Shown: in pieces, positions 40,525 through 52,378 of the stretch
How positions within the stretch are numbered: position 1 is the first letter of the stretch
How the letters are laid out: each line of letters opens with the position of its first letter
Source of the DNA: Cyanidioschyzon merolae
Lineage: Eukaryota
NCBI GenBank assembly: GCA_000091205.1
Contig: AP006502.2
DNA: 64,000 bases
Reading direction: 5' to 3' (one strand)
Made by a program: the position numbers and the translations under genes
The notes under the pieces: generated by a model
The model's input: only the letters and a program-made list of their open reading frames with translations
Told to the model about the DNA's origin: nothing
Database searches by the model: none

Positions 40525-42885
40525 TCATGGTGAAGCGCCTGCAATCTGTGCGAGATTCGCATGACAGTCACGCTCAGAAGGGAGTGCATCACGCTCAGAG
40601 GCAGCTGTTGCTACCTTTGACGTCAACGCATCAATCTGCCGAAACTGCCACGGCCAGCGAATATTATATAGAAAAGGCCGCAGGTCAAAGCGATTGTCTT
40701 CGGGGCTGTAATTCTCACAGTGTACACTTGGCGTAAGCACCGTCATCTTATGGCGATTCACTGAATACATTCGAAAGAAGAACTTCACCTTCTCCGCAAC
40801 TTGCGACGGCGATAAATGCGCCTTCCACAAACGACTTAGCCTTTCGTACATGGAGACGGGTCCACAGCGCCCAATTTTCCGCAAACGCCCGTATACGGTG
40901 AGTTCCGCATAGGTCATGCCCATATCGGCCTCATCCGTCTGGACATATTCGCCAGTGATGGGTTCGAGTTCGGCGGTTGGCGGCGCCTCCACGACCTGCT
41001 GGAGGGTCTCGAAACCCAGCTCGTGCACCGCCCAGAGGAGGAAACGACGTAGGTCGTGCTTGGAGATGCCTCCAATAGGATTGATATCCGCAGAACTGGC
41101 ATCGTACTTGGTGAGATATCCACGCAGGGCCTCGTCGACGTTGGCGGATCCGAGCACCAGCAGCGTTCGCTGGCCATGGCCGCGAGCCCACGGCAGCAGC
41201 TGAGCAAAGAGATAGCTTAGCACCATTCGTATCCGCGCCTGAATATTCTGGAGTGCAGCATTTTCTACCGCGCTCCCGCCTTGGACTCGAAAACGCGGTC
41301 TCTCACCCGCAACCAGCGTAAAGACGCTGAGCACTGCAGCAACGACCGCATCGATCGGCAAATCCAGATGATATGCTCCAATTTCTTTCGCCAGTTGAGC
41401 TGCGCGTTCCCGTGTGGCTCGGCTCGAGTTCTCGCTCCGCATGTAAGCTGTATGGAGAATTCGAGACGCAAACTCATGAGCGTCCCGAGGAATGTACGCA
41501 TCTGCTGCGTTCTCCGTCAATTCAGCATCCGTACCTAATCCGAGAATGCGACGCGCCTCCCTGATGACGTGATCATTCCGCTGTTGGGCCTCGACTGCTA
41601 CCAGGCGACACATGGACGCCACAATCGTTGCCGTCGCTGAGCTATCTGCACCGCCACTCAACGGGAGAAAGAAACCGCTCGCGCCACTTCTCCGCAAATA
41701 GTCCCAAAGCCAACACGCCGGTCCATACGCGATCTCCTCCTCGGCAGAGAGCAACCGTACCGGCACTGGTTGACTCGGCATGTACTGCAGCTGCTCACCG
41801 TCAGAGAGAACAAGCCGGAACGACCTCTCCGATGGGTCAACAGAAGCCGGAACAGCTCGTTGCGAAGCGTCGCCAATGAATGCTGGACTGAATGCGCATC
41901 CCGTTGGCATCCCATCGATCCGTCCAGCGATATCCTCATGCCGCAACGATACGCTACGGCCTGCAGCATCGATGCGCGGCACGGGCGCCGTCGACGCTGC
42001 CTGAACGCCACGGCTGGCGATCGCGATGCGGTACGCAGTGATCTCGTCGAGATCGATGGTTGCGGTAATCACTTCAACTTCATCAGCGATTGAGAACTGT
42101 GACGCTTGGGCAACAATCTCACCGTTGATACATATAAGTGCACATCCATCGTAGTAGAGCCGTCCACCATCGCAACCCTGCTGGTTGGCGTAGAGGTAGG
42201 CACCGCCGCCTTTAGCCGTTGCACTTCGCAACAGATCGATACGTTGGTTTAGTTTCCGCAGGTTGTGATGCGACCCACTCCCATTACCGATGATATCACA
42301 GCCATTGAGGCTGTAGCGTATATGAGGAGCGTCCGGGGTGAAGAGCTCTTCACAGGTCTCGCTGGCGACAACCACGCCGCCGATATCGAGCAACGCTTCG
42401 CCGAAGAGCGTTTCCGCTTGCGCACCAGCTGCGACTTGACGAACACAGTCTGGGAGCGGGTACTTTTCAAGTGCTCGTCTACCATTGGCCGGCCATGCTG
42501 TAAACCAGCGAGACTCTCGATAGTTCCCGTCGTCTGCTAGAGCGAGCTTGGGTCGAATCAGAAGGATCCTGCGGTTCAGGAGCAGCACACGACAGTTGTA
42601 GGCTACGTGTCGGTGGAGAACAGGTGCACCCAGGTCGACCAGGATGTCATCTGTGTAGCCTCTCGCGATGATCTCCGCAATAACCTCCCAGCTATGGACG
42701 AAAGTGTCCGGCTCCAGAAAGTGATCCTCGCACCCGTAGCCACTGACTTCTAGTTCTGGACCGAGACGGTAGCGTGCTCCAGCCTCTCTGGCCCGAGCAA
42801 TCGAGCAGCATATTCGCTCCAGGTTACCAGCAAAATCCAGTGACCACTGGTTCAGGTTACAAGTCGCCACCCGAACAAGTCGCAT
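40525..42885 (-). CDS. NADSYN1: Glutamine-dependent NAD+ synthetase (Qns1/NADSYN1 type: N-terminal nitrilase/CN-hydrolase domain + C-terminal NAD synthetase domain)
   Basis: ATG at revcomp 42883-42885, 786 aa. The N-terminus MRLVRVATCNLNQWSLDFAGNLERI is typical of Qns1. The ATP pyrophosphatase motif is FLPLSGGADSS. The protein is collinear along its length and single-exon. Confidence 0.9.
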   Translation of the reverse strand: MRLVRVATCNLNQWSLDFAGNLERICCSIARAREAGARYRLGPELEVSGYGCEDHFLEPDTFVHSWEVIAEIIARGYTDDILVDLGAPVLHRHVAYNCRVLLLNRRILLIRPKLALADDGNYRESRWFTAWPANGRRALEKYPLPDCVRQVAAGAQAETLFGEALLDIGGVVVASETCEELFTPDAPHIRYSLNGCDIIGNGSGSHHNLRKLNQRIDLLRSATAKGGGAYLYANQQGCDGGRLYYDGCALICINGEIVAQASQFSIADEVEVITATIDLDEITAYRIAIASRGVQAASTAPVPRIDAAGRSVSLRHEDIAGRIDGMPTGCAFSPAFIGDASQRAVPASVDPSERSFRLVLSDGEQLQYMPSQPVPVRLLSAEEEIAYGPACWLWDYLRRSGASGFFLPLSGGADSSATATIVASMCRLVAVEAQQRNDHVIREARRILGLGTDAELTENAADAYIPRDAHEFASRILHTAYMRSENSSRATRERAAQLAKEIGAYHLDLPIDAVVAAVLSVFTLVAGERPRFRVQGGSAVENAALQNIQARIRMVLSYLFAQLLPWARGHGQRTLLVLGSANVDEALRGYLTKYDASSADINPIGGISKHDLRRFLLWAVHELGFETLQQVVEAPPTAELEPITGEYVQTDEADMGMTYAELTVYGRLRKIGRCGPVSMYERLSRLWKAHLSPSQVAEKVKFFFRMYSVNRHKMTVLTPSVHCENYSPEDNRFDLRPFLYNIRWPWQFRQIDALTSKVATAASERDALPSERDCHANLAQIAGASP

Positions 42886-43389
42886 CTTCCGTGCAGCGCT
42901 CGCTCTGGAGCACCGGACGTCCAGTAGCGAGGGTCGTCGCCTTGAACTGCACGCCGTTCCGTTCCTCTGCCGGACGGGCGAGCGTCACCGAGCACACCAG
43001 AGCAGACCTAGAATGCTGGACTACACGAATAGAACAAGAGATTCCTGGCGATATCGTCGGTTTGCAGCACAACAGCAGTATTGGCAACTGCGCAGCAAGT
43101 CAGTATGGTGTACGCGCACGAAAACGAGCGAGCGTCCCCGGGAACGTAAACTTGTCGTCCATCACCAGGGTAGAGACGAGCTGTGTTTACTTGGTATATG
43201 TTTATGTGACGCCGTCAATCATGTCCATAAAATGCTTATCTGGGGCGTAGCTTCGGGTCTGTATGTCTAGAGGCATGCGGTCACGGGAGCGAAAACGTTT
43301 CGCGACCATGTAGGGTGCATGAATAGCTATCCGCAGACGCTTTTCAGCGTTTTTTGACCGGCCCGCAGCTATCCGCTTCAGCTTCTACT

Positions 43390-43960
43390 TGTGTTCTTTG
43401 AACCTGAGAGGCTACCCCACGAAGTGAGATTGCGTCAGCTCCACGGGTCTCGTCTTCAGCATCGCGTATCCTATGATATTGATGGCGGTGTTGAAGCCTC
43501 TGTTCACGAACTCAATGCGTTTATTGCCTCTCGTCACAGCTTGTATTGTGTCGAATATTCAATTCGAAAGACGAATGAGCCTCTCTTTGTGGTCATCAAC
43601 GAAACTGCATTCCGTAGCAGCATGATACCGCTGACGGGATTTGCCACAGTACGCTCCCGTCTTTTCTGTTTCCAGCGATAAGAGCCTGGAACTTGAGTCA
43701 TCGCAGCGATCGCTTTTGCCGGGGCATGCGTCACCGCTTGGAACAAGGCGAGCGTAGACGGATCGATATTTTTCGATCTCTTCTCCAATCTGGATTTCCT
43801 TTCCGCACTTGTTTCATCACGCACAACATCGCGTTCCATAACACCCCTATCGAATGGAACAGCGTGGGCTTGCCCAGCGCGAACAGGCAAGCGTTCACGC
43901 GCCACAGAGCAACCGTCTGAGGAGCTATGGTGAACACGTACCAAGACCTGACCTCACTCA
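43390..43960 (+). repeat. Diverged partial copy (D) of the 1.07-kb repeat family, direct orientation
   Basis: 43700-43900 aligns to copy A 7780-8000 at about 75% identity, with agtcatcgcagcgatcg, gcatgcgtcaccgcttgg and gcgagcgtagacggatcga. Its ORFs 43391-43681(+) and 43534-43944(-) resemble copy A/B ORFs at the protein level (DET..ERKSRL...DPS.LA..QAVTHAP..IAA.T.V). Confidence 0.45.
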
Positions 43961-44547
43961 AGTAGCAATGATGCGAATGGTGCACCGATGCTGTATAGCA
44001 AGAAGATGAAAATGACGAGCAGAGCGTAGATCGCAACCTCTCGCCCGTGGTTGAAATGCATTGACAACAGTTGGACGCGTCGAAATCGGGTCTTGAACGC
44101 GGCCATCAACATCAAGCGGCTGCTGAACATGGAGTTGGATAGAAACGAGCGACTGGCGTATTTAAAGCTGGGTGTAAGAGAGAGGAAAAGGAAACGATTG
44201 CAGTAAGAACCCGCAGAGGCTGCTGTTGATGACCATGGAAAGAGATCCAAAGTCTAAAGTGTCCGCCCGTGTTGGAAAGCCCGTTCCATTTTATTCTGAC
44301 GTGCGTATAGCGTTATATCCTGCGCGAATGCAGGTCTCGTGCGACGCTCCACAACAAGTTATGGAAACCCGTCGGCATATGGTAGGCAGAGCCAAGTTCC
44401 ATGCCGTGCCTCAACATCATTCGAAAACTTGATCCCAGTGTCTTCGCGTCTGCACGCTGGTGGCGAGTCGCTTGTTGCTGACGACCTCTTCAGATCGTGT
44501 ATGCCATCAAATGCTGCTGCTGCTGCTGCTGCTTGCCTGAGCGCAGC

Positions 44548-46785
44548 TCAATAACCTTGCGGACAGGTCGCTACGAGTTCCCCAGTAAGACTGTACGCTC
44601 GTGCTTGCGTAATGCGAACATTGGCCATGCGACCTCGCCAGCGCTGGATTCCTCCAGGAGCCTCGAAGAATACTTTCTTATTCGTTCGCGTGCGTCCACA
44701 GACGCCCAATTCCGGGGATTTGGGGTTCACCTCCTCAACCAGTACCTCTTCAATCCGGCCTAAATAACGCTGACTACGAGCATCGACAATACGCATGTTC
44801 AGCTCATTGATCCGGTGCAGACGTTCCATTTTCACCGCTTCCGGCACCTGATTTTCCCAGGAGGCAGCGGGAGTAAAAGGCCGCGGTGAGTACGCTGCCG
44901 TGTTGACATTATCTAACTGTAATGCTTCCATGAGTTCAAGCGTGCGTTGAAATTGCTCCTCAGTTTCTCCGGGAAAGCCAACAATCGCATCGGCGGTGAT
45001 CGCTGCATCGGGGAGGTATTCGCGGATCATTTCGATGATCCGCCGATACCGTTTCGCAGTGTAGCCCCGTCCCATAGCCTTGAGGACCTCATCATCACCA
45101 GCCTGGAACGGAATATGGAAGTAGGGCATGATATTTGGGAGCTCTGCAGTCGCTTGGATGACGCGCGGTGACCAGTACCGCGGATGTGCAGTAATTGCAC
45201 GAATGCGATCGATGCCTGTTGCAGAGACATGACGTAAGAGCTGCGCGAAGGTGACTCGTGGGCGCATGTCCCGGCCGTAGGCATCTATATTTTGACCGAG
45301 AAGCGTCACTTCGCGATAGCCTTCATTTTTCAGCTGGACGACTTCGTTGACGATGGATTCGACGCTGCGTGATTGCTCCAGACCCCGTGTGTACGGCACG
45401 ACGCAGTACGTGCAGCGTTCATTGCAACCATAGGAGATATTTACCCAGGCACAAACCTGGGACTGCCGTCTCGGCTTGGAAATATCCTCCATGATGTGAA
45501 TCGGTTCCGTTGCGACCACTTGATTACCATTTTCAACGTCTTCGAGGAGATCAGCCAGACGGTTGGCATACTGGGGCCCCATCACCAAGTCCAGAGCGGG
45601 AATGCGGCGCAGCATCTTCACGCCTTCCTGCTGTGCAACGCAACCTGCGACGATCAATTTGAGACCTGGATTACTCTTCTCCTTCATTCGAACAAACGGT
45701 CCAAGAAAGCTGTAGACTTTTTGTTCCGCGTGATCGCGGATGGAGCAAGTATTCAGGAGTATGAGATCTGCTTCGTACGGATCTGGTGTGTGCCGGTAAC
45801 CGCATCTTTCGAGCTCGCCAGCCATTCGCTCCGAGTCCGCCAAGTTCATCTGGCAACCAAAAGTCTGCACGTTGTAGAGGCGACGCCTCGTCCTACTGTT
45901 GGGGTTCTCTCGAGCGTACAGCTGCGGCACCAGTTCCCCGCTTCGAATATACCGGGACTTGGTCGCCGTCGGCACGAGTTTGTATTCTGCGTCTTCCACT
46001 CGTACAATGTGGAAGCCGCGTTGCGTCTGCAATTTGAACACCACCCGCGGAGCACTATTGAAGCAGTAGAACTCAAGTTCGGCATCCAGCGAGCCACGAG
46101 CGTGCCAGCCGAGGTCACCTCCGTTGGCTCGCGAGCTCTCGTCCAATGAAAGCGTCCGAGCGAGTGCGTCCATGCTTGCTGCATCGGCGCTGAGTTGCTG
46201 CAGCACCAGGTCGGCCATCTGCTCCGTTGCAAGTAGAATGTGACGGACCCGAACACGATCTACAACCTCTTCCCCTACCGGAAATGCGACATTTGGATTC
46301 GGATTAATCAATGTGGAGCTTGCAAGTGTCTCGGGTGTCGCGTCCAACGCGGTGGTCGCAGGGCCAGTACCGCTGGCGTGCGGTGCCGCTGACATCCCCC
46401 AAGTACGAAACGCGCAACCTTGAGAGCGTCGCTCACAGCGTGCCCTGCGTGCGAGCACTTTTCGCGTTTCGACTGTTGCGCCGCACCAGCCGCTAGACTG
46501 GTTCAAGTGGAGCCCGCATGTGGCGCCGAACCGCGGGTTCACCGGAGAGGTAACCACCGACCACGCAATACAACGCGTCTTGTGCGGTAAGCGCATCGTT
46601 TCTGAGGGAAACCGGTGCGCTCTCCGTTGTGTCCTCTGTGCTGGGTTGTCCGTTGCGCTTCTGACGAGCATCCTTGCGACTGCAGCGCTCTTATCGGTTC
46701 GTCCGGCAAGTGCAAAACACTTGTTTCCCTGCGCTGACGCTGAATAGGTGCAGCCAGGTATCGCTCCGAGAATGATAACGATCAT
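44548..46785 (-). CDS. miaB: Fusion protein: PpiC/parvulin-type PPIase domain + MiaB-family radical-SAM methylthiotransferase (tRNA i6A37 methylthiolase-like), with N-terminal presequence
   Basis: A single 764-codon ORF. The track's start is a GTG. I used the ATG at revcomp 46783-46785, and the start is uncertain. The parvulin signature is [11 protein letters not shown]...[29 protein letters not shown]...GFHIVRVED. The MiaB portion has the N-terminal MTTase cluster [17 protein letters not shown]...LNTCSIRD, radical-SAM [19 protein letters not shown] and a C-terminal TRAM-like region. Confidence 0.8.
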   Translation of the reverse strand: MIVIILGAIPGCTYSASAQGNKCFALAGRTDKSAAVARMLVRSATDNPAQRTQRRAHRFPSETMRLPHKTRCIAWSVVTSPVNPRFGATCGLHLNQSSGWCGATVETRKVLARRARCERRSQGCAFRTWGMSAAPHASGTGPATTALDATPETLASSTLINPNPNVAFPVGEEVVDRVRVRHILLATEQMADLVLQQLSADAASMDALARTLSLDESSRANGGDLGWHARGSLDAELEFYCFNSAPRVVFKLQTQRGFHIVRVEDAEYKLVPTATKSRYIRSGELVPQLYARENPNSRTRRRLYNVQTFGCQMNLADSERMAGELERCGYRHTPDPYEADLILLNTCSIRDHAEQKVYSFLGPFVRMKEKSNPGLKLIVAGCVAQQEGVKMLRRIPALDLVMGPQYANRLADLLEDVENGNQVVATEPIHIMEDISKPRRQSQVCAWVNISYGCNERCTYCVVPYTRGLEQSRSVESIVNEVVQLKNEGYREVTLLGQNIDAYGRDMRPRVTFAQLLRHVSATGIDRIRAITAHPRYWSPRVIQATAELPNIMPYFHIPFQAGDDEVLKAMGRGYTAKRYRRIIEMIREYLPDAAITADAIVGFPGETEEQFQRTLELMEALQLDNVNTAAYSPRPFTPAASWENQVPEAVKMERLHRINELNMRIVDARSQRYLGRIEEVLVEEVNPKSPELGVCGRTRTNKKVFFEAPGGIQRWRGRMANVRITQARAYSLTGELVATCPQGY

Positions 46786-48284
46786 CTTGGGATAATCATG
46801 GCTAAAATGGTCGACACTATGGATGGCGCGCTGGGCAGCCACTGCGAAGCGTCAGCGCATCCCAGGTTCTCGGGATGCGAATGCGAATCCGACGAGTTGC
46901 TGGGGCAGGGCTCGTCTGCCGGAGGCAAGCACTGCACGCTCGAAGGCGAAACTTGGAGACAACCTCGGGAGAGATGATTCTGCGGGAAAAATATGGATCG
47001 TGGCTGGTGGTCTCTCCAGGCATCGTGCGGTATGATGGGCACTCTCCCGTCCACGAATCAAATCGAGTGACTAGAGACTCCGGCTCGAGGTAAACGACCC
47101 CTCCAGAAAGAATCCGCAGAAAAGATGAGATTTGAGCATCTGAAACAGGGAGGAAGAGCTTTTGCGAGATATCCGGTCAGCGCAGTCGCTTTAGAATCGC
47201 AGAAAACCCCGAGTGGTGCCTACAATAGTCGCCGCACAACTCGATCTGTATCGAGGACGTTTGTTTATCCCGGGTTCGCCGTCTCAATTCCCTGAGCAAG
47301 CGAACAGGCCACCAGATTCTCCGATGCCCAGCCGTGAAACACAGAGGCCAATTTGTGTGTCTGTCGTCTTGGAATTCGGCAGGAGCTTTCGGTCATCTGG
47401 ACAGAGGTAAGGAATCGAGCGCTGTGGTCAACCGACGGCGAAGCGTCTTGTTTGTGGGAGCACCTCTGACGCTGACCAAGACAGAAACCCGCAATGATCC
47501 GAGAATTTCCGCGACCTGGATTCGAATGCATCTTGTGACCTTCCAATGTTTCAAAGTGTCTCTCAGCACCACTTCGTCATAACCTCTCTCGAAAGAGAAG
47601 ATGTTCGATCCGGAATCCGGTGATATGCGCGGGATTCCATAGCGCTGACGTTGAACAGGGACGGTTCGCGATCGACCCAACAGGAGAGGTCGCTGCTGAA
47701 CACGATCCTACGGGGCAGGTCGCCAGTGTCTATTTGCGAGGCTAGGACCCGCGTAACGGTGGTGGTCCGAACGGTATCGACACAATAGATCTTCGCTCCT
47801 GCAGCTTGTTTCTCGACTTTTCAAGACCAGTTGAATGCGTTTACCCGCCCTGAGACCAAATATGATGCAACAGATGTAGTCGCCGGCGCTTGGATGCGAA
47901 TCGGAGACACCTCTTTCAGTGACGGTACCTGGGGTTTCCGCACCACAGAACTTCGTTCACACATAGCTTGTTTGGAGACGTTTCAAGACTGATTAAATGC
48001 GTTTACCCGCATTCAAATGCAACCGGTGACGTGTGCACTCACGTTGCCGAGACACGTTTGTTCATGAGATAGGTAAAAGTGCCGACAATTCACCGACGGA
48101 TTTCACGAACAGGAGAGCTCTCCACGTACATCTCAAGGCATGCGCAACATTCTCTCCCCAACGCAAAAAAACCCGTTGCGACTATGGACAAATCCGGCCG
48201 ATCTGAGTGCTCATCTGGCTCCGCCCTGGAACTATATCACCTATGGAGATGCAGACTCACACGGCATCTTTGCCCGAGGTGTGC

Positions 48285-48758
48285 CTAGGAGCGCTTCGAG
48301 TCCGTTGTAGCTGCTGTCGGATCGGCGGACTTGAGGCTCTTGAGCTTCATTTCTTCCTTTTGTTTCTCCTCCTTCTCCGCATCTGCTAGGCTCGTCTCAA
48401 GGCCTTCTTTGAACTCCGAGGAGGCCCGCTTCAGGTTGCCTGCGAGCGTTCCCAAGTTCCGCCCAAGCTCGCCAATTCGTGAAGGCCCCCAAATCAGCAG
48501 CCCAACACCCGCAATAACAGCTATCTCCGGCCATCCGAGCCCAAACAAGCCCATTTGCAAAGCGCTAGCTGCACTAGGTCTCGTGCAGTGGCCGGCTCGT
48601 TCGGGGAGCGCGCGCGTCTCCTGAAGCTGCCGTCGCTGCGCCGCCCTGCCACGACGTGACTCGCGAACTAGACTTGCCGCATTTTTCAAGCAAAAAGAAG
48701 AGCAAGAAACACTTTCGTGCAAGTGTTGGTTTGTCTTTGATAGCGACAGCACGAACAT
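48285..48758 (-). CDS. tatA: TatA/Tha4-type Sec-independent translocase subunit with ~68-aa transit-peptide-like N-terminus
   Basis: The mature part MGLFGLGWPEIAVIAGVGLLIWGPSRIGELGRNLGTLAGNLKRASSEFKEGLE matches plant Tha4/TatA (GLFGLGVPELVVIAGVAALVFGPKKLPEVGRSIGK...). The track's start is a GTG, and the first ATG is at revcomp 48756-48758. Confidence 0.7.
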   Translation of the reverse strand: MFVLSLSKTNQHLHESVSCSSFCLKNAASLVRESRRGRAAQRRQLQETRALPERAGHCTRPSAASALQMGLFGLGWPEIAVIAGVGLLIWGPSRIGELGRNLGTLAGNLKRASSEFKEGLETSLADAEKEEKQKEEMKLKSLKSADPTAATTDSKRS

Positions 48759-50741
48759 TGCCAGTGTGTATGTCCGAGGCACCTCGAACACCAGAGAGCA
48801 ATCCGAAGTACGCTGCGCAATGCGTTTCCAGAGAATCGATGGACGGGTCCAGCGCAGGCGAGGCACGTCCGCCAGCACGAAGCACGTGTTCGGAATATAC
48901 AGTTAAGTCAGTAAATGTCCATGCATGCATGCTGTGCAGGCTTGGCATGCCCCGTTCCGTCAACTGCTTCAGCGTTCTGCATAGCCTTCGAACGTGCACT
49001 GTAAACAGCCTTGCTTCCATGCGCGTGCACCATGGGCCTTGATGTCGGTTTCAGCTCCGCGCTGGTGGACGCAGACGCTTCCACCTATCTGATAACCGCG
49101 CTTGCTCGCGCACGGGCTGCCCAGACCAACACGGCGGAAATTCGCCCTATGAGCCACAGCAATGTCGCAGCTGGACGAATTTGAAGTTGGTTTGTGTATC
49201 GAAAACGGCGACGAAATGATCACAATTTTCCTTTCCCATCCGTGAATCGGGATAGCGCAAACGAGTAACCAGGCAGGCCAGCTCTGCCTCCAGTGCTGGA
49301 GGTGTGATGTGCACGCCTTGTCGATGAGTGCGGCAACATCTTCTCTGGCGGGCGACGAAGCCTACCAGTTTATAGCTTGACTCGCACCTGATTCGTGGCG
49401 CCCGTGAGCCTCATCGATGGGATTCCTGTCAAACGACAACCATCTTTTCACGGACATTCTCAATTTGCTAATTCACATGGAAAGGATGAGCGATCCAGGG
49501 TAACATACACCGTTCGTATACCGAGCGTTGTTCTGTGCACAAGTGTCGCGCCTGTCGATACGCAGCTTAATGGAGACCGTTCAACGACTTGCAGCCGTGG
49601 ATGTGTTTCCATGCGTATGCGTGCGCGCTGAATATCCTCTTCTGGATTCGAGCGGACGGACGCGATATCGAGTGGCGCGTGTACCTATTTATCCGAGGCG
49701 TCTTGGATGCTCGCGCTCCAAAGCAATGTGCGCAGCGCCCTTCCAAACAAGACTTGCTTCAGCATAGCGTCTGTCGCAGTCTGAAGTCCGACTCGCGTTT
49801 CCGCCGACCCCGTGCGTCGCCTCGCAAGTCCACACCAGCATCACCAAGAACAACAAAAACAACAACAACAGCAGCAGCAAGTCCCGCAGCTAGCGAAGCA
49901 CGCTGCCCAGCTCGGCATATAAAATGCTAGAGCGGCGTCTGTCTGGCGGCGATGCTGACATTTGCTGGGCTTTTCGTCTCGTCGCCTTGAAGGCGTATTG
50001 AAACCCTGACCGCATCCATGCTTAGCGCCGTGACTCTGGTGCGCAGCCACAGGTATCCCTTCGCCACGCCTGTGAAGCATCTATTTTCTAACGCCGACAG
50101 TGAAACCGGTCTGGCGATCGTAGGACGTGGAAGCATCCACGGGAGCAGAGTTCTCTCTTGGCTGATGCCAGACAACACGGGTGCCCCGGGAGAATCCACC
50201 TGGGATGCATAGATTCTCGCCTTTGGAGGTGCACACGAAATCGCTGGAGCGCGCGTGCGTAGAATCGGGGATCCGCAGGCTCGCTGGAAGCCGTCCTGCG
50301 CTCGCGGGAAACGCATCACTCGCCATTTCGTGCTAACAGGCTCACTCGCTTTTCTGCTGGTGCTGGTGCTGGTGCTGGTGCCGGTGCCTGCGTTAGACGC
50401 CTGCAGCAGCTCCTTGAGCGTCGTAACAAGCGCCCGCGGCACACTCGTTACCCCGGAGGACGCTCTGTTGAACGACCCTGGGCTTCATAGACGAACGCTA
50501 CGCTGAAGCTGCTACGCCAAACTATTTGCGTAGGAGGAAAAGTGGACGCCGCCGCTGCCTATAGGCAGCTTTCGCACACCCGGAAGCGTCAGGTTAGAGG
50601 CCAAACTCCTGCGCCATAGGAAGATCGAGCCAAGTCAGGCTGGTACCCTCTGGTTGCATACAACATCCACTGCATAGCAGCGAAGCATACCATCCATTTT
50701 CCAACACGTGGACGATTTATCTGTGCGAGCTGCGGGCGCCA

Positions 50742-51623
50742 ATGCCAGCGCACCATCTGAGCGCCAAATGGCGCCAAGTGAAGACGAAACGGACTCGGAA
50801 GACCCCCGCCACTGTGGCGCCGAAGAGCGTCGCCTTGCCAGAGACCGTTCGACAACGGCTCGAGCAGGCGCGGCGCGAAGCGATCGACTTTGCCGCGCTC
50901 GAGTACCTGTACGCCAGCGTACCACCTCTACGCTCTGTTATCGACGCACATCCGCCTCCGCACTTTCTTGCATGCGATGTGTTCACGGTGCTCGTCCAGG
51001 CTATTGTCTGGCAGCAGGTGAGTGCACGGGCGGCTGCTAAACTTTGGCCGAGACTCGTCGAGGTTCTCGAAACGCAGGTACCTGGATCAATCCGCCGTTC
51101 GATGCCGCATCTCTACGTGAATCCTGGTCCGTTGGCGAGCATTCCGGATCCTGCGCTTTTGCGCGCTGCCGGCATTCCGCAAAGTCGCTGTGCAGCGATC
51201 GTCGAGGCGGCTCGTGCTTTTCACGCGAAACCGGACCTCTACCATAACTGGAACGACTCCATCGAAGATGACGAAGTCGTTCGGAGACTGTGTTGCCTCC
51301 GAGGTGTTGGTGAATGGACGGCTCACATGGTGCTCATGTTCGCGATGCGTCGGATGAATGTGCTGCCCGTAGGGGATCTTGGCGTGCGACGCGGCTTTGC
51401 AGTGGTTTTCGATCTCAAGCCAGATGCCAGACGGGAACAAGGCGCTGCAGGTCGCCGTTCGGTGTTGCCGTCACCGGATGCGGTAAAGAAATTTGCCTCG
51501 AGTGCGGCATGCGGCAATGGGCGTTTTCTCACAGTTGTTTCCTATTACATGTGGCGGGCTGCGGGTGCTGATGTTCTCGTTCCCGACGGAACGCTCGTAC
51601 CAGACCTCGCTAGCACTGTCTGA
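50742..51623 (+). CDS. HhH-GPD superfamily DNA-3-methyladenine glycosylase II (AlkA/Mag1-like)
   Basis: ATG start. The helix-hairpin-helix/GPD region reads LRGVGEWTAHMVLMFAMRRMNVLPVGDLGVRRG, preceded by the AlkA-like helical domain (VQAIVWQQVSARAAAKLW). The catalytic Asp lies in VGDLG. Confidence 0.7.
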   Translation: MPAHHLSAKWRQVKTKRTRKTPATVAPKSVALPETVRQRLEQARREAIDFAALEYLYASVPPLRSVIDAHPPPHFLACDVFTVLVQAIVWQQVSARAAAKLWPRLVEVLETQVPGSIRRSMPHLYVNPGPLASIPDPALLRAAGIPQSRCAAIVEAARAFHAKPDLYHNWNDSIEDDEVVRRLCCLRGVGEWTAHMVLMFAMRRMNVLPVGDLGVRRGFAVVFDLKPDARREQGAAGRRSVLPSPDAVKKFASSAACGNGRFLTVVSYYMWRAAGADVLVPDGTLVPDLASTV

Positions 51624-51677
51624 GAACGCGACGCCCATGGGTTACCGCTTGCACCCACGGAACGCGGATCCATGTTC

Positions 51678-51707
51678 TGATGATGATGATGATGATGATG
51701 ATGATGA
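51678..51707. repeat. (GAT)n microsatellite immediately 3' of the AlkA-like gene
   Basis: tgatgatgatgatgatgatgatgatgatgac is visible directly in the sequence. Confidence 0.9.
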
Positions 51708-52378
51708 CGAAGCCAAAACGGTGGGTTCGTGCTTTCCGCGGACATCCTGGCCTAACTGCCGACCTTGAGGCAACGAATCTCGGGTGTTGCACGCTGCGTG
51801 CATTGCATTCGGACTCAGGATGGGTGTTTTCACGTCACGTAGCGTCCTGAATCTTATCGGATAAAAACCTGACGAGGCAGTCGGCTAGATGACTGAGATA
51901 ACAATAGCATCCCGCAGATTTTTGTGTATCAGGCCTGGTACAGAGGATTCCCCTGAAAGCTCGATCCTCTGACGAAAATTGCCTTCAGTTGCGAGGTCGC
52001 AAGGCGATCGCAGTGCGTTCGCCTGCCGTCCCAATGACCAGCAGATTCCATAGTGTCGCAGTGAGGCAGCGGAGAGCGTAGCACAGCTGCGAGACGCTCG
52101 CTATGCTGTTTGTGGTCTGCAGTTTTGGAGTTTGTCTGCGATGTGGACAACCCATTTCCGAAGCGGAACGCCCAACCTTATTCGTTGATGAAAAACGGAT
52201 GATTCCGTCCTGCCACCTCATCGGGCGAGATCATGTCCGACCTGCTCAGGCATTGTCGCCGGCGACGGGTTTGCGATACATTCGGATGGTGCGATGGTGA
52301 ACAAGCACCGAGAGACACGGCTTTCTTTGAGAAGCAAAATGCGCTAGGTGCCGTCAGAAAGCGACGCCAGACTAGACG

